Shown: positions 1 to 10,751, counted from the first letter of the stretch. The stretch is DNA of 64,000 bases from an uncultured Clostridia bacterium (GCA_934633985.1 CAKTYU010000003.1:9507-73506), one strand, 5' to 3'. Made by a program: numbers and translations. The notes: a model not told the origin generated them from the sequence alone.

Positions 1-118
1 AAGTACGACAAATACCTTCGGGACCCCGACGTGCGCGCCTGCCGGGACCTGATCCATGGGGCGCTGCAAAGGGGCGGCATAACCGAGGGGGAATACAGGA
101 TGATAATGGGGCTTTAAT

Positions 119-865
119 ATGCTGACTGAGCAGGGCATAAGGCGCTGTATCCGATCGGATATAGACGTGATATTCTTTGAGGAATCCCCCTCCACCAATT
201 TGGAGGCCAAGAGGATAGCGGAAAACGCAAGTGAGGGCACCGCCGTATTCGCAAGGCGGCAGCTTTCCGGCCGGGGGCGCCTCGGCAGGAGCTTTGAAAG
301 CCCGGAGGGGGGCATATACCTGACCATGCTGGTGCGCCCCGCCGACCCCGTTTGCCTTACCATGGCGGCGGCGGTGGCCGTGCGCAGGGCGATGGCCCGC
401 AAGCTGGGCCTCTCCCCCGGTATAAAGTGGGTGAACGACATATACTGGGACGGGAAAAAGATCTGCGGCATACTCGCCGAGGGGGCGCTGTGCGGCAATG
501 AGCTCAAGTACGCGGCGGTGGGCGTGGGGCTGAACTACCAGAGCCCCGAATTTACCGGCGGCCTCTCCGAAAAGGCGGGCAGCCTGTACCCCTCCTGCGA
601 GCCCCCCGTATCCATAGACGAGATGGCGGCGGCGCTGGCGGACGAGCTTTACGCGGCGCTTACCGACCCCGCAGACCCCTCCATATACCGGGAGTACCGC
701 GAGGGCAGCATGCTCATCGGCAGGCGCATAACCCTACTGCGGGAGGGCGGGCCGGAGGCCACTGCCGTAGACGTCACCCCCAAGGGGCATCTCGTCGTGC
801 GCTTTGACGACGGGCGCACGGAGGAGCTTTTCAGCGGCGAGGTGAGCGTAAAGGCCGCGGAATAA
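119..865 (+). CDS. birA: biotin--[acetyl-CoA-carboxylase] ligase (no N-terminal HTH)
   Basis: 248-aa ORF with biotin-protein-ligase signature GRGRLGRSFESPEGGIYLT and KWVNDIY..GKKICGILAE. Confidence 0.85.
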   Translation: MLTEQGIRRCIRSDIDVIFFEESPSTNLEAKRIAENASEGTAVFARRQLSGRGRLGRSFESPEGGIYLTMLVRPADPVCLTMAAAVAVRRAMARKLGLSPGIKWVNDIYWDGKKICGILAEGALCGNELKYAAVGVGLNYQSPEFTGGLSEKAGSLYPSCEPPVSIDEMAAALADELYAALTDPADPSIYREYREGSMLIGRRITLLREGGPEATAVDVTPKGHLVVRFDDGRTEELFSGEVSVKAAE

Positions 866-984
866 CCCCATACCGTATGAAACGCCATACCGACGGCAGC
901 AATTGCAATACTAAACCCATCTTTTCGGTGATAACATGTCATAAAGACTGTTATCACCTATTTTTTTGTAAAAGGAGAAATAAT

Positions 985-2250
985 ATGGAATTGAAAAAGT
1001 CTACCGTATGGAAAAGTTATCGCTTTCCCCTCATACTGCTCGGCTCCATAATACTGGGCTGTATAGTAGGCGCGTCGCTGGGCAACAGGGCCGGCGTGCT
1101 CGCCCCTTTGGGCAATATATTCGTAAACGCCATGTTCACCGTGGTGGTCCCCATGGTGTTCATCTCCATAGCCTCCGCCGTGGGCAATATGTCCAACATG
1201 AAGCGGCTGGGCAAGATAATAGGCTCCACCCTCCTCACCTTCATCGTGACGGGCATAATCGCCGGCATAATAATGATAGCCGCGGTAAAGCTGTTCCCTC
1301 CCGTGCTGACCCCCTTTGAGGTAGCCGCCGAGGAGGTTGGCGAGCCCAAGACGGTGGGCGAGCTGGTGGTGAGCTTCCTCACGGTAGGCGACTTCCCGCT
1401 GCTCTTCAGCCGCAGCAACATGCTCCCCCTCATAGTGGCCTCGATAATCTTCGGCTTTGGCGTTTCCCTTTGCGGCGGCCCGGACTGCGCCGTGGGAAAG
1501 CTGCTCAACAACCTTTCCGATATCATAATGAAGATAGTCAACATACTGATGTACTATGCCCCCATAGGCCTCTTCGCCTTCTTCGCCTCGCTTATAGGCG
1601 AGTTCGGGCCCACCCTTATAGGCAACTTCGGCCGGGCAATGGTGCTGTATTATCCCCTGTGCGTGCTGTACTTCCTTATAGCCTTCCCTCTGTATGCCCG
1701 CTTCGCGGGCGGCAAGGGCGCCGCCAAGAAGCTCTTCCAGCACATACTCAAGCCCGCCGTGACCTCCCTGGGCACCTGCAGCTCCATAGCCACCATACCC
1801 GCTAACATGGAGGCGGCGGAGGAGATAGGCATACCCCGGGACGTGAGCGACATAGTGCTTCCCCTGGGCGCCACCATGCACATGGACGGCTCGGTATTCT
1901 CCGCAATACTCAAGATCAGCTTCCTGTTCGGCTTCTTCGGTATGCCCTTTGACGGCATAGGCACCTATGTTACCGCCCTGCTCATAGCCATATTCTCCGG
2001 CATAGCCATGTCCGGCGTGGCGGGCGGCGGCTTCGTGGGCGAGATGGTGATAGTATCCCTCTTCTTCCCCGAGCAGATGGGCATAGCCTTCCCGGTCATC
2101 GCCACCATAGGCGCGCTGGTGGATCCTCCCGCCACCTGCATAAACTCCTCCGGCGACACCGTGGCCTCCATGATAGTAGCCCGCTTCGTCGAGGGCAAGG
2201 ACTGGTTCCAGAAGAAGCAGGCCGAAAGGGCTGAAAAGGCCGGGGCATAA
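985..2250 (+). CDS. dicarboxylate/amino acid:cation symporter (DAACS family)
   Basis: ORF 877..2250. Preferred ATG at 985, 8 nt after AAAGGAG (971-977). Polytopic membrane protein with DAACS-like CSSIATIPAN and NSSGDTVASMIVA segments. Confidence 0.75.
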   Translation: MELKKSTVWKSYRFPLILLGSIILGCIVGASLGNRAGVLAPLGNIFVNAMFTVVVPMVFISIASAVGNMSNMKRLGKIIGSTLLTFIVTGIIAGIIMIAAVKLFPPVLTPFEVAAEEVGEPKTVGELVVSFLTVGDFPLLFSRSNMLPLIVASIIFGFGVSLCGGPDCAVGKLLNNLSDIIMKIVNILMYYAPIGLFAFFASLIGEFGPTLIGNFGRAMVLYYPLCVLYFLIAFPLYARFAGGKGAAKKLFQHILKPAVTSLGTCSSIATIPANMEAAEEIGIPRDVSDIVLPLGATMHMDGSVFSAILKISFLFGFFGMPFDGIGTYVTALLIAIFSGIAMSGVAGGGFVGEMVIVSLFFPEQMGIAFPVIATIGALVDPPATCINSSGDTVASMIVARFVEGKDWFQKKQAERAEKAGA

Positions 2251-2307
2251 GGCCCGCTTTGAAGCCGCCCCGCCGCACGGCAAACAAAAAATGTTAAACC
2301 ATAGTCA

Positions 2308-2341
2308 AAAGCCCGAAGCGTAATGCTTATCGGGCTTTTTT
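2308..2341 (+). terminator. rho-independent terminator after the transporter gene
   Basis: GCCCGA (2311-2316) pairs with TCGGGC (2330-2335), followed by a T-run at 2336-2341. Confidence 0.6.
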
Positions 2342-2342
2342 G

Positions 2343-2351
2343 TGGTATAAT
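2343..2351 (+). promoter_or_regulatory. extended -10 promoter element upstream of pfk
   Basis: TGgTATAAT at 2343-2351, about 50 nt upstream of the pfk ATG. No clear -35 seen. Confidence 0.4.
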
Positions 2352-2399
2352 GGTTAAGTGGAAAGTTTTTGAATTTTATTTTTCGGAGGTATAATAAAA

Positions 2400-3647
2400 A
2401 TGTCACAGCTTAAGGGTTCCTGCATAATAGGCCAGTCCGGCGGCCCCACTTCCGTGATAAACGCCAGCGCTTACGGCGTTATACGCACGGCGCTGGATTC
2501 CGGCTGCATCACCAGGGTATACGGCGCGGCCCACGGCATAAAGGGCGTGCTGGACGACGTGCTCTACGACATGGGCCAGGAGGACGCAAGGGAGCTTGAA
2601 TACCTGCTCTACACCCCCTCCTCCGCCCTCGGCTCCTGCCGCTACAAGCTAAAGGACAGCTCCGTGGACGATTCCGACTACAAGCGCATACTGGAGATAT
2701 TCAAAAAGTACGACGTGCGCTACTTCTTCTACAACGGCGGCAACGACTCCATGGACACCTGCAACAAGATATCCAAGTATATGCAGTCCGTGGGCTATGA
2801 GTGCCGCATAATGGGCGTGCCCAAGACCATAGACAACGACCTCTTCGGCACGGACCACTGCCCCGGCTACGCCTCCGCCGCCAAGTACGTCGCCACCACC
2901 TGCATGGAGATATACAAGGATGCGCGGGTATACGACACCGGCATGGTATGCATAATCGAGATAATGGGCCGCCACGCGGGCTGGCTCACCGCCGCCTCCT
3001 CCCTTGCCAACATAAGCGGCGAGGGCCCCGATCTAATCTACCTGCCTGAGCGGGACTTTGACCTCGACAGGTTCGCTGCGGATGTAAAGGCCGTATACGA
3101 AAAGAGCGGCAAGTGCATAGTGGCCGTGTCCGAGGGCATACACGACGCTTCCGGCAAGCTGATCGCCGAATACGGCGCGGAGAACGCCCCTGTGGACGCC
3201 TTCGGCCACAAGCAGCTTGGCGGCCTGGCCTCCTACCTCGCCAACTACATAAAGGGCGCCGTGGGCTGCAAGGTGCGCGGCATAGAGTTCTCCCTGATGC
3301 AGCGCTGCGGCGCCCATCTCGCCTCCCTCACCGACATACAGGAGTCCTTCCTCTCCGGCAAGACCGCCGTGCTGGAGGCCATATCCGGCACCACAGACAA
3401 GATGGTGGGCTTTGAGCGCAAATATGATGAGAACGGCGGCTACCTCTGCGGCATAAAGCTCATGGACCTCACCGACGTCGCCAACGCCGAAAAGAAGGTC
3501 CCCCTCGAATGGATAAACCCCGAGGGCAACAACGTGAGCAGGGAATTCATCGACTACGCCCTGCCCCTCATTCAGGGCACGCCCGACCGGCCGCTGGAAA
3601 ACGGCCTGCCCCGCTTCGCAAGGCTCAAAAAGATACAGGCCAAATAA
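2400..3647 (+). CDS. pfk: 6-phosphofructokinase, PfkA family (probably PPi-dependent type)
   Basis: 415 aa. Motifs GGPTSVINAS, GGNDSMDT, GVPKTIDNDL (PKT rather than PGT) and MGRHAGWL. Confidence 0.85.
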   Translation: MSQLKGSCIIGQSGGPTSVINASAYGVIRTALDSGCITRVYGAAHGIKGVLDDVLYDMGQEDARELEYLLYTPSSALGSCRYKLKDSSVDDSDYKRILEIFKKYDVRYFFYNGGNDSMDTCNKISKYMQSVGYECRIMGVPKTIDNDLFGTDHCPGYASAAKYVATTCMEIYKDARVYDTGMVCIIEIMGRHAGWLTAASSLANISGEGPDLIYLPERDFDLDRFAADVKAVYEKSGKCIVAVSEGIHDASGKLIAEYGAENAPVDAFGHKQLGGLASYLANYIKGAVGCKVRGIEFSLMQRCGAHLASLTDIQESFLSGKTAVLEAISGTTDKMVGFERKYDENGGYLCGIKLMDLTDVANAEKKVPLEWINPEGNNVSREFIDYALPLIQGTPDRPLENGLPRFARLKKIQAK

Positions 3648-3668
3648 AGCAATACAAAACAAAAAGGC

Positions 3669-3690
3669 GGCGCGCTCAAATGAGCGCGCC
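3669..3690. terminator. bidirectional terminator hairpin between convergent pfk and rhodanese genes
   Basis: Near-perfect palindrome GGCGCGCTCA aa TGAGCGCGCC, flanked by an A-run upstream and GTTTGT downstream. Confidence 0.6.
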
Positions 3691-3710
3691 GTTTGTCGTG
3701 TTCAGCCGTA

Positions 3711-4913
3711 TTATTCTTCCGCCGCATCAGTCTGGGCGCTTTCCAGCATTTCCGGGAAGGGCCAGCCCTTTATGCCGCCCTCTATGATGTAGAAGCGGCT
3801 CTGATCCAGCTTTTTCTCGTTTACATAGTAGCTTATGGCGTTCTCCGCGCCGCTCTTGCCCTCCATGCACATAACATATATGGGCAGGTCGTTCTCGGCG
3901 AGCTTATCCGCGGCCTTATCCAGCCTCTTGCGGAGCTCCGCTGTGTTGGCGGGGTACGCCTTGGTCTCTATGGAGCCGTGGAGATGCCCGTCCTCCTTGT
4001 AGCTGTCCTTGGTCTGCACGGAGAGCAGTATCATATCCTCCTTGGCGTCTATCTTGGCCTTCATGTCATCGGGGGTTATGTACTGGTACTTGGGGGTTAC
4101 CTCCAGCATATCCGGGTAGGGCCAGTTTGTGCCGCCGCCTTCAAGTATGTAGAACTTGCGCGGGTCTATGCCCTTGGTGGCCCAGTGGCTCACAGCGTTG
4201 TACGCGCCGTTGGTGCCGCTCATGCATACCAGCACTATGGGGTCCAGGGTCTTTTCTATCTGCTCGTTCAGCTCGTCCAGCGCGTCCCACTGCTCCTTGT
4301 TGGTGTTGGGGAAGGAATAGGTGGGTATGGAGCCGGGCAGGTGGCCGGCGTCAAAGTATTCCTTCTGGCGTATGTCTATGAGCATGACGTTCTTGTTTTC
4401 CTTGAGCAGCTTCACAAGGTCGTCGGGGGCGATGTAAAGGTAGCTTATGTCGTACCACTTCAGCTCCTCGTAGGGCCAGCTCATCTGCCCGCCCTCGAGT
4501 ATCCTGAGCCTATCCTCCTCAACGCCCTTTTGCAGGTAGTAGTCGTATGCGTTTTCCGCGCCGGTCTTGCCGCCCAGCCCCACTATTATTACGGGGCCTT
4601 CCTTCTCGTCTATCTTTTCAAGGGCGTCGTCCAGCTTGGCCCTGAGCGCGTCCGTATCCGCGGGATATGCATAAGTGGCGATGGCGGTGGGCAGGTGGCC
4701 CTGTGCGTAATACTCCTCCGGCTGTATATCGACTATTACCTTTTCCTCGCCGTTCTCTATCATTGTCTTTACTTCGTCGGCAGTGATATACTGATATTCC
4801 TTGGCGGGAGCTTCTTCATCGCCGGGGAGCTGCTCGGCGTTCTCCTGCTGCGCACAGCCGGCGAACAGGCCTATTGCCATGAGCGCAGCCATTATCAGGG
4901 ACAACTTCTTCAT
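3711..4913 (-). CDS. lipoprotein with three tandem rhodanese-like domains
   Basis: 400 aa. Signal plus lipobox LFAGC. Three ~115-aa repeats (YI[TA][AP]DD...GHLP...EGG..WP[YF]). Active-site-like Cys in repeats 2 and 3 (CMSGTNGA, CMEGKSGA) but not repeat 1 (GLGGKTGA). Confidence 0.75.
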   Translation of the reverse strand: MKKLSLIMAALMAIGLFAGCAQQENAEQLPGDEEAPAKEYQYITADEVKTMIENGEEKVIVDIQPEEYYAQGHLPTAIATYAYPADTDALRAKLDDALEKIDEKEGPVIIVGLGGKTGAENAYDYYLQKGVEEDRLRILEGGQMSWPYEELKWYDISYLYIAPDDLVKLLKENKNVMLIDIRQKEYFDAGHLPGSIPTYSFPNTNKEQWDALDELNEQIEKTLDPIVLVCMSGTNGAYNAVSHWATKGIDPRKFYILEGGGTNWPYPDMLEVTPKYQYITPDDMKAKIDAKEDMILLSVQTKDSYKEDGHLHGSIETKAYPANTAELRKRLDKAADKLAENDLPIYVMCMEGKSGAENAISYYVNEKKLDQSRFYIIEGGIKGWPFPEMLESAQTDAAEE

Positions 4914-5019
4914 ATCATCTTCTCCTTATATGTTGCTTTATATATGTTTCCTCGGTTATTCGCGTTCTTGCGGGCCAATGCCCTCTCACAGCCGAACCGG
5001 CTGTCAAGGCTTAGCCCCC

Positions 5020-5781
5020 TCACCCGACGGGGCAGGGCGTAACTGCCGGCTGAGGTATGATTATCTCCGGCACCTTGGTCTTGCGGGGCTTTGGGCTCGC
5101 CTTTGGGGTTGGTGTGGGCAGCGGGCTCGGCTCCGGCGTGGGGGTGGGCGCGGGGCCCATGCTTATGTATACCGTCACCTTCCTGCCGTCCCCTATCTCC
5201 TGCCCTGCGCTGACGCTTTGCAGCGCCACAAGGCCCTTCGGCACCTTCTCGGAGGATACGAAGAGTATGTCCGCGTCTATGCCCTTATCCTCGAGTATGT
5301 TCTGGGCGACGTCGGCGGCCTCGTATATGAGGTCCGGCATCTCCACGGGCTGTACCTCCTCCGCGGGCTCCTGGTTTTTGCCCGCGCCCTGCATAAAGCT
5401 CGTATAGTAAAACCATCCGCCGCCGGCTATGAGCGCCGCCGCGGCTATAATGCCTATCACCAGGCCGGCCCTGCCCTTCTTTTTGGGCTGCTCCTGACCC
5501 TCGGCCGCTTCCCCGGCCTCCGCCGCCGCCAGCTCCCTGGCCTCCTTAAGCTCCTCCTCCGCCCTTGCGATATCCTCCTCCGCATGGGCGAGATCGGCCT
5601 CCGCCTCCTCAAAGGCGCTCTCCGCCGCGTCTATGACGCTTTGCGCCGCCTCCATGTCCTTTACCGTCCTGAGGGTGCTTTGCGCCTTATCCACGGCCTC
5701 CTGGGCCTTGCCGGCCTTGGCCTGGTTCTGCCAGAGCTTTTCCTCCAGCTCGTTTATGCGTTCCGCTTCCATATTCATCAT
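5020..5781 (-). CDS. membrane protein with N-terminal coiled coil, one TM segment, a PASTA-like domain and a Pro/Thr-rich tail
   Basis: 253 aa. E/A-rich N-terminus, TM LVIGIIAAAALIAGGGW, PASTA-like MPDLIYEAADVAQNILEDKGIDADILFVSSEKVPKGLV..GRKVTVYIS. Confidence 0.6.
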   Translation of the reverse strand: MMNMEAERINELEEKLWQNQAKAGKAQEAVDKAQSTLRTVKDMEAAQSVIDAAESAFEEAEADLAHAEEDIARAEEELKEARELAAAEAGEAAEGQEQPKKKGRAGLVIGIIAAAALIAGGGWFYYTSFMQGAGKNQEPAEEVQPVEMPDLIYEAADVAQNILEDKGIDADILFVSSEKVPKGLVALQSVSAGQEIGDGRKVTVYISMGPAPTPTPEPSPLPTPTPKASPKPRKTKVPEIIIPQPAVTPCPVG

Positions 5782-5899
5782 GCTTCTTACCTATCAATAC
5801 AATATGTCGATTCATACATTTTGCGCCATGGGCGGCGCTTTGTCAACAAGCGGCCTGCCGCGTTTTTATTAACAAATTATGAATTTGCGTAATTTTTTA

Positions 5900-6454
5900 T
5901 TATTCGTAATACTCCGGCTTCAGCACCCCCACGTAGGGCAGGTTGCGGTAGAAGTTGTCAAAGTCCAGCCCGTAGCCCAGCACGAACTCGTTGGGTATGG
6001 TAAAGCCGGTGTAGTCCGGTGTGATGTCACATTCCCGTCTGGAGGGCTTATCCAGCAGGCAGCATATCTTCAGCGACGCGGGCTCCCTCGCCCCCAGCAC
6101 CTTTTTAAGATGCTTAAGGGTGTGGCCGCTGTCCATTATATCCTCGATTATCAGCACGTGGCGGCCGGTTATGCTTATATCCATATCCTTGGCTATGCGC
6201 ACTATGCCGGAGGTCCTCTTTCCGTTGCCGTAGCTGGATATGGACATGAAATCCAGCTCTGTCATGCAGGTCATCTGCCGCACAAGGTCTGAAAAGAAGT
6301 GTACCGCGCCCCTGAGTATGCATACGCATATCACGTCCTTGCCCTCGTAATCCTCGGAAAGCTGGGCGCCCAGCTCGGCTATGCGCCTTTGCAGCTCCTC
6401 CGCGCTTATGAGCACCTTGTCCACTACCCTGTTGAGATCGGTCTTTTCCGACAT
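5900..6454 (-). CDS. hpt: hypoxanthine phosphoribosyltransferase
   Basis: 184 aa. PRPP-binding loop VLIIEDIMDSGHTL. Adjacent to tilS, as is typical in Firmicutes. Confidence 0.9.
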   Translation of the reverse strand: MSEKTDLNRVVDKVLISAEELQRRIAELGAQLSEDYEGKDVICVCILRGAVHFFSDLVRQMTCMTELDFMSISSYGNGKRTSGIVRIAKDMDISITGRHVLIIEDIMDSGHTLKHLKKVLGAREPASLKICCLLDKPSRRECDITPDYTGFTIPNEFVLGYGLDFDNFYRNLPYVGVLKPEYYE

Positions 6455-6481
6455 ATTTAACCCCCGGTAATATAAATTTTT

Positions 6482-7864
6482 TTAACGCTCCTCGGTATAC
6501 GTTACGCGAAGCACCCTTCTGGTGCCCTCGTCCACCTTTACCCTGTCGGAAATGCCGTAGCCCGGTATGAAAAGGGCCTCGTTTCCCGAAAAGAGCATGG
6601 GTATGCCCCGCCGCTCCCTCGGCGCCTTCCTGTCTATGAAAAAGTCCTTCAGCTTTTTCCCGCCGGGAGAGCCCACGGGCCGGAACCTGTCCCCGTCCCT
6701 CCGGGTACGTACCCTGAGGCCGGAAGGCAGCTTGTCCCTGTCCATATAGGCGACAGCATTATCCTTTATTATACCACCTTCGGCAGCTTCTGCAAAGAAA
6801 AAACCTCCGCAAAAGGCGGTTTTTCCCTCGGTATTGAAGGGCGCGTCCACCTCGCGGGCGTTTTGCGGCGCGCCGAAGCATATACTGCCGTAGCTCACCC
6901 ATACGCTTATGTGTGGTATGTCCGCGTGGGCGCCGGTTTTTGCCGTAAGCATATCCATTATGCGCTCTATGTGCCGCCGCTCCACGTCCGTCTCGGCCCC
7001 CGCCTCGGACACGGCTATGCGTATCGCCCTGCTTTTCACCGGCAGGGGCAGCGCGGCGAGGGCGGCCCTGTCGTAGCCCTCCTGAGTCCTTGCTTCCTTC
7101 AGCGCGTCTCGGGCCAGCCCGTGCAGGTATTCCTCGTCCTGACGAAGCAGCTCACCCATGGAGCAAAGCCCCTCCGCAAAGCGCGGGTTAAGATTTTCCT
7201 GAATATAGGGTATGAGGTCCAGGCGTATCCTGTTGCGGCTGGCGTCCCGCTCCAAATTGGTGCTGTCGATGCAGTATTGCAGGCCGTTCTGCTCCGCGTA
7301 TTCCTCTATTTCGCTCCTTCTCGCCCACAGCAGCGGGCGTATTATATCCCCCAGGGCGGGCTCCATGCCGATCAAGCCCTTCAGGCCGCTGCCCCGTATG
7401 AGGTGGAGCATTATGCTCTCCGCCTGGTCGTCCATGTGGTGGGCCACGGCGATCTTGTCCGCGCCCAGCTCCCCGGCGGCCCGGCGGAGGAATTCATAGC
7501 GCTTCTCCCGCGCCGCCTGCTCAAGTGTCTTGCCCTCTGAACGGGCTACGGCGGGTATGTCTGTCTCCTCGCAGATCAGCGGCACACCGAGCCCTTTGCA
7601 GAGCTCCTGCACGAAGCGCTGGTCGCGCTGCGCCTCCTCACCCCTTATGCCGTGGTTGAGGTGGGCCGCGCAGAGTTCAAATCCCCGTTCCGGCGCTATT
7701 TTGAGCAGCACATGCAGCAGCGCCACCGAATCCGCGCCGCCGCTCAGGCCCACCAGCACCCGCTGGCCCTTGTCTATGAGGCCGTATTTATCTATGGCGT
7801 TTTTTACCTTGCCTTCAAGCTTTTCCATATAAATAAGTATATCCTTATAGCTCCGGTTTGACAA
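6482..7864 (-). CDS. tilS: tRNA(Ile)-lysidine synthetase
   Basis: 460 aa. PP-loop LSGGADSVALLH, followed by a TilS C-terminal region. An alternative start is 12 codons downstream (MEKLEG). Confidence 0.9.
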   Translation of the reverse strand: MSNRSYKDILIYMEKLEGKVKNAIDKYGLIDKGQRVLVGLSGGADSVALLHVLLKIAPERGFELCAAHLNHGIRGEEAQRDQRFVQELCKGLGVPLICEETDIPAVARSEGKTLEQAAREKRYEFLRRAAGELGADKIAVAHHMDDQAESIMLHLIRGSGLKGLIGMEPALGDIIRPLLWARRSEIEEYAEQNGLQYCIDSTNLERDASRNRIRLDLIPYIQENLNPRFAEGLCSMGELLRQDEEYLHGLARDALKEARTQEGYDRAALAALPLPVKSRAIRIAVSEAGAETDVERRHIERIMDMLTAKTGAHADIPHISVWVSYGSICFGAPQNAREVDAPFNTEGKTAFCGGFFFAEAAEGGIIKDNAVAYMDRDKLPSGLRVRTRRDGDRFRPVGSPGGKKLKDFFIDRKAPRERRGIPMLFSGNEALFIPGYGISDRVKVDEGTRRVLRVTYTEER

Positions 7865-7944
7865 GGCGCGGCGGGGAACATATAATTATTAGGCAGGTAT
7901 ATGACCTATAAATTTCAATTTACCGTCTGGAGAGGATAAAGTAT

Positions 7945-9033
7945 ATGAAGCTCGGAGTAGTAGGACTTCCCAACGTGGGCAAAAGCACGCTTTTCAACGC
8001 CATAACGCAGGCGGGGGCGCAGGCCGCCAATTACCCCTTCTGCACCATCGAGCCCAACGTGGGCGTGGTGGCGGTGCCGGACAGCCGTTTGGACGTGCTT
8101 GCCGAAATGTACCACCCGGAAAAGTACACCCCCACCGCCATAGAATTCGTGGATATAGCCGGCCTCGTCCGCGGCGCATACAGGGGTGAGGGCCTGGGCA
8201 ACAAGTTCCTTTCCCACATACGGGAGGTGGACGCCATAGTTCATGTGGTGCGCTGCTTTGAGGACGAAAACATAGTACACGTGGACGGCTCGGTGGATCC
8301 CGTGCGCGATATGGAGACCATAAACATAGAGCTTATCTTCGCGGATATGGACACCATGGACAAGCGCATCGAGAAGGCGGAAAAGAACAGCAAGTCCGGC
8401 GACAAGAAGCTGCTGGCCGAGGCTGAGTTCCTGCGGGGCATAAAGGCGCATCTGGAGTCCGGCAGGCCGGTGCGCAGCATGGAGCTGACGGAGGACGAGA
8501 GGGAGTACGTGGACGGGCTGTTCCTGCTCACCTCAAAGCCCGTGATATACGTAGCCAACATATCCGAGGAGGATATAGGGCGGGAGCTGCCCCAGGTGGA
8601 GGCGCTGTACAGGGCGGCGGCCTCGGAGCAGGCGGGCGCACTGACTATATGCGCCAAGATAGAGGAGGAGATATCCGAGCTTTCCCCGGAGGAAAAGCAG
8701 GACTTCCTCAAGGAGATGGGCATTGGCGAGAGCGGCCTCGATAAGCTCATAAAGGAGTGCTACTCCCTGCTGGGCCTCATCAGCTTCCTCACCGCCGGCC
8801 CCAAGGAGGTAAGGGCCTGGACCATCGCGAGGGGCACCAAGGCCCCCCAGGCGGCGGGCAAGATACACACCGACTTTGAAAAGGGCTTCATAAGGGCGGA
8901 GGTAGTGAATTTCAATACCCTGGTGGAGCACGGCACCATGGCGGCCTGCAAGGAGAAGGGGCTCATACGCAGCGAGGGCAAGGACTATGTAATGCAGGAC
9001 GGGGACATAGTGGTGTTCAGGTTTAACGTCTGA
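7945..9033 (+). CDS. ychF: redox-regulated ATPase YchF
   Basis: 362 aa. G1 motif [13 protein letters not shown] and the typical C-terminal TGS-like end ..[11 protein letters not shown]. Confidence 0.95.
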   Translation: MKLGVVGLPNVGKSTLFNAITQAGAQAANYPFCTIEPNVGVVAVPDSRLDVLAEMYHPEKYTPTAIEFVDIAGLVRGAYRGEGLGNKFLSHIREVDAIVHVVRCFEDENIVHVDGSVDPVRDMETINIELIFADMDTMDKRIEKAEKNSKSGDKKLLAEAEFLRGIKAHLESGRPVRSMELTEDEREYVDGLFLLTSKPVIYVANISEEDIGRELPQVEALYRAAASEQAGALTICAKIEEEISELSPEEKQDFLKEMGIGESGLDKLIKECYSLLGLISFLTAGPKEVRAWTIARGTKAPQAAGKIHTDFEKGFIRAEVVNFNTLVEHGTMAACKEKGLIRSEGKDYVMQDGDIVVFRFNV

Positions 9034-9050
9034 CAAACGCATATACAAAA

Positions 9051-9070
9051 AGGAACGGCGCGCCGTTCCT
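9051..9070. terminator. bidirectional terminator hairpin between ychF and the DUF1846 gene
   Basis: Perfect 20-bp palindrome AGGAACGGCG/CGCCGTTCCT with A-run upstream and T-rich run downstream. Confidence 0.65.
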
Positions 9071-9085
9071 TTATTATTTTTGCTT

Positions 9086-10567
9086 TTACTTGTGATAGAG
9101 CTTCTTGGTCTGGTATTTGGGCTCGCAGGTCACGTTTATGCCCAGCTTGCGGAAGGTGCTGCTGTCCACGCCGGAAAGTATGACGGTGGAGTGCGCCTCG
9201 CAGCCCCTCAGCTTGCCCAGCTGCCGCATGGCCACCTCCGCCGTCGGATTGGTGGCGGCGCATATCGAAAGGGCTATGAGCACCTCGTCCATGTGCAGCC
9301 GCGGGTTGTGGTTGCCCAGGTGGTTCACCTTCAGGTCCTGTATGGGCTCTATGACTATGGGGGATATGATGTGCATATCCTTCTGTATACCGCCAAGGCG
9401 CTTCAGCGCATTGAGGAGCGCGGCGGCGGAGGCGCCCAGCAGCTTCGTGGTCTTGCCCGTGATTATCTCGCCGCCGGGAAGCTCTATCGCCGCGGCGGGC
9501 TCCCCCGTATGCTCGGCGCGCTCCACCGCCGCGCCTATCACCGGCCTGTCCTTTACTGTTATGCCGAGCTGGTTTATGAGCAGCTTTATCTTTTCCGCCG
9601 GCCTGCTGTCGCTCATGCCCTGGCGGGCGGAGCACATGGCGGCGTAATAGCGGCGTATTATCTCCTGCCGAGAGGCCTCCCGGCATACCTCGTCGTCGGT
9701 TATGCAGTTGCCCGCCATATTCACGCCCATATCCGTGGGGGACTTATAGGGGGACTCGCCGTATATCTGGCTGAACATGGCGTTGAGCACCGGGAATATC
9801 TCCACGTCCCGGTTGTAGTTCACCGTGGTCACGCCGTAATTCTCCAAATGGAAGGGGTCTATCATGTTCACGTCGTTGAGATCCGCCGTGGCGGCCTCGT
9901 ATGCCACGTTTACCGGGTGCTTCAGCGGCAGGTTCCATATCGGGAAGGTCTCAAACTTGGCGTAGCCGGCCCGTATGCCCCGCTTGTGCTCGTGGTAAAG
10001 CTGGGAAAGGCAGGTGGCCATCTTGCCGCTGCCCGGGCCGGGGGCGGTCACCACCACCAGGGAGCGGGAGGTCTCTATGTACTCGTTGAGGCCGTACCCC
10101 TCGTCGCTCACTATGGTCTCTATGTCGTTCGGGTAGCCGGGTATGGGATAATGGCGGTATACCTTTATGCCGAGCTGCTCCAGGCGGCGCTGGAATACCA
10201 CGGCGGCGCTCTGGCCGCTGTATTGGGTAAGCACCACGCTGCCCACGTAAAGCCCGATGCTTCGGAAGGCGTCTATGAGCCTGAGCACGTCCAGATCGTA
10301 GGTTATGCCGAGGTCGCCCCGCACCTTGTTTTTCTCTATATCCGCGGCGTTTATTACTATGACTATCTCCGCCTGGTCCTTTAGCTGGAGCAGCATCCTC
10401 ACCTTGCTGTCCGGCTCAAAGCCCGGAAGCACCCGTGAGGCGTGGAAGTCGTCAAACAGCTTGCCGCCAAATTCCAAATACAGCTTGCCGCCGAACCGGG
10501 CGAGCCTGTCCATAATATGCTCCGACTGCATGGAAAGGTATTTTTGATTGTCAAAGCCTATCCTCAT
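9086..10567 (-). CDS. DUF1846 (UPF0371) family protein
   Basis: 493 aa beginning [16 protein letters not shown], which matches my recollection of the UPF0371/DUF1846 family. Not verified by search. Confidence 0.65.
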   Translation of the reverse strand: MRIGFDNQKYLSMQSEHIMDRLARFGGKLYLEFGGKLFDDFHASRVLPGFEPDSKVRMLLQLKDQAEIVIVINAADIEKNKVRGDLGITYDLDVLRLIDAFRSIGLYVGSVVLTQYSGQSAAVVFQRRLEQLGIKVYRHYPIPGYPNDIETIVSDEGYGLNEYIETSRSLVVVTAPGPGSGKMATCLSQLYHEHKRGIRAGYAKFETFPIWNLPLKHPVNVAYEAATADLNDVNMIDPFHLENYGVTTVNYNRDVEIFPVLNAMFSQIYGESPYKSPTDMGVNMAGNCITDDEVCREASRQEIIRRYYAAMCSARQGMSDSRPAEKIKLLINQLGITVKDRPVIGAAVERAEHTGEPAAAIELPGGEIITGKTTKLLGASAAALLNALKRLGGIQKDMHIISPIVIEPIQDLKVNHLGNHNPRLHMDEVLIALSICAATNPTAEVAMRQLGKLRGCEAHSTVILSGVDSSTFRKLGINVTCEPKYQTKKLYHK

Positions 10568-10710
10568 ACCCTTTCTTTCCCCCTCGTTTCACCAAAAAAA
10601 TATATAAATATGCAATTCTGACCCAATTATTTATTATATAACCTCCCCCGCCCCTTTTACAATCGCCCTTTACCATAAGATTTGAGTATATCAGGGGGAG
10701 TTTGCATAAC

Positions 10711-10740
10711 AAAAAAAGCGAAGGGGATTTTCTCCTTCGC
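10711..10740 (-). terminator. rho-independent terminator of lepB (minus strand)
   Basis: On the minus strand: GCGAAGG..loop..CCTTCGC followed by TTTTTTT (plus-strand A-run 10711-10717). Confidence 0.7.
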
Positions 10741-10751
10741 CTTTATGCTTA

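Noticed and set aside
958-2283. 441-aa minus-strand ORF covering the whole transporter gene. Similar long antisense or alternative-frame ORFs occur at 3693..5042(+), 4801..5892(+), 9080..10384(+), 29596..30507(-) and 43662..44546(-)
   Set aside because: These are shadow ORFs typical of GC-rich coding DNA. Their translations are low-complexity (G/A/R/H/Y-rich) with no motifs, while the opposite-strand genes carry clear family signatures.
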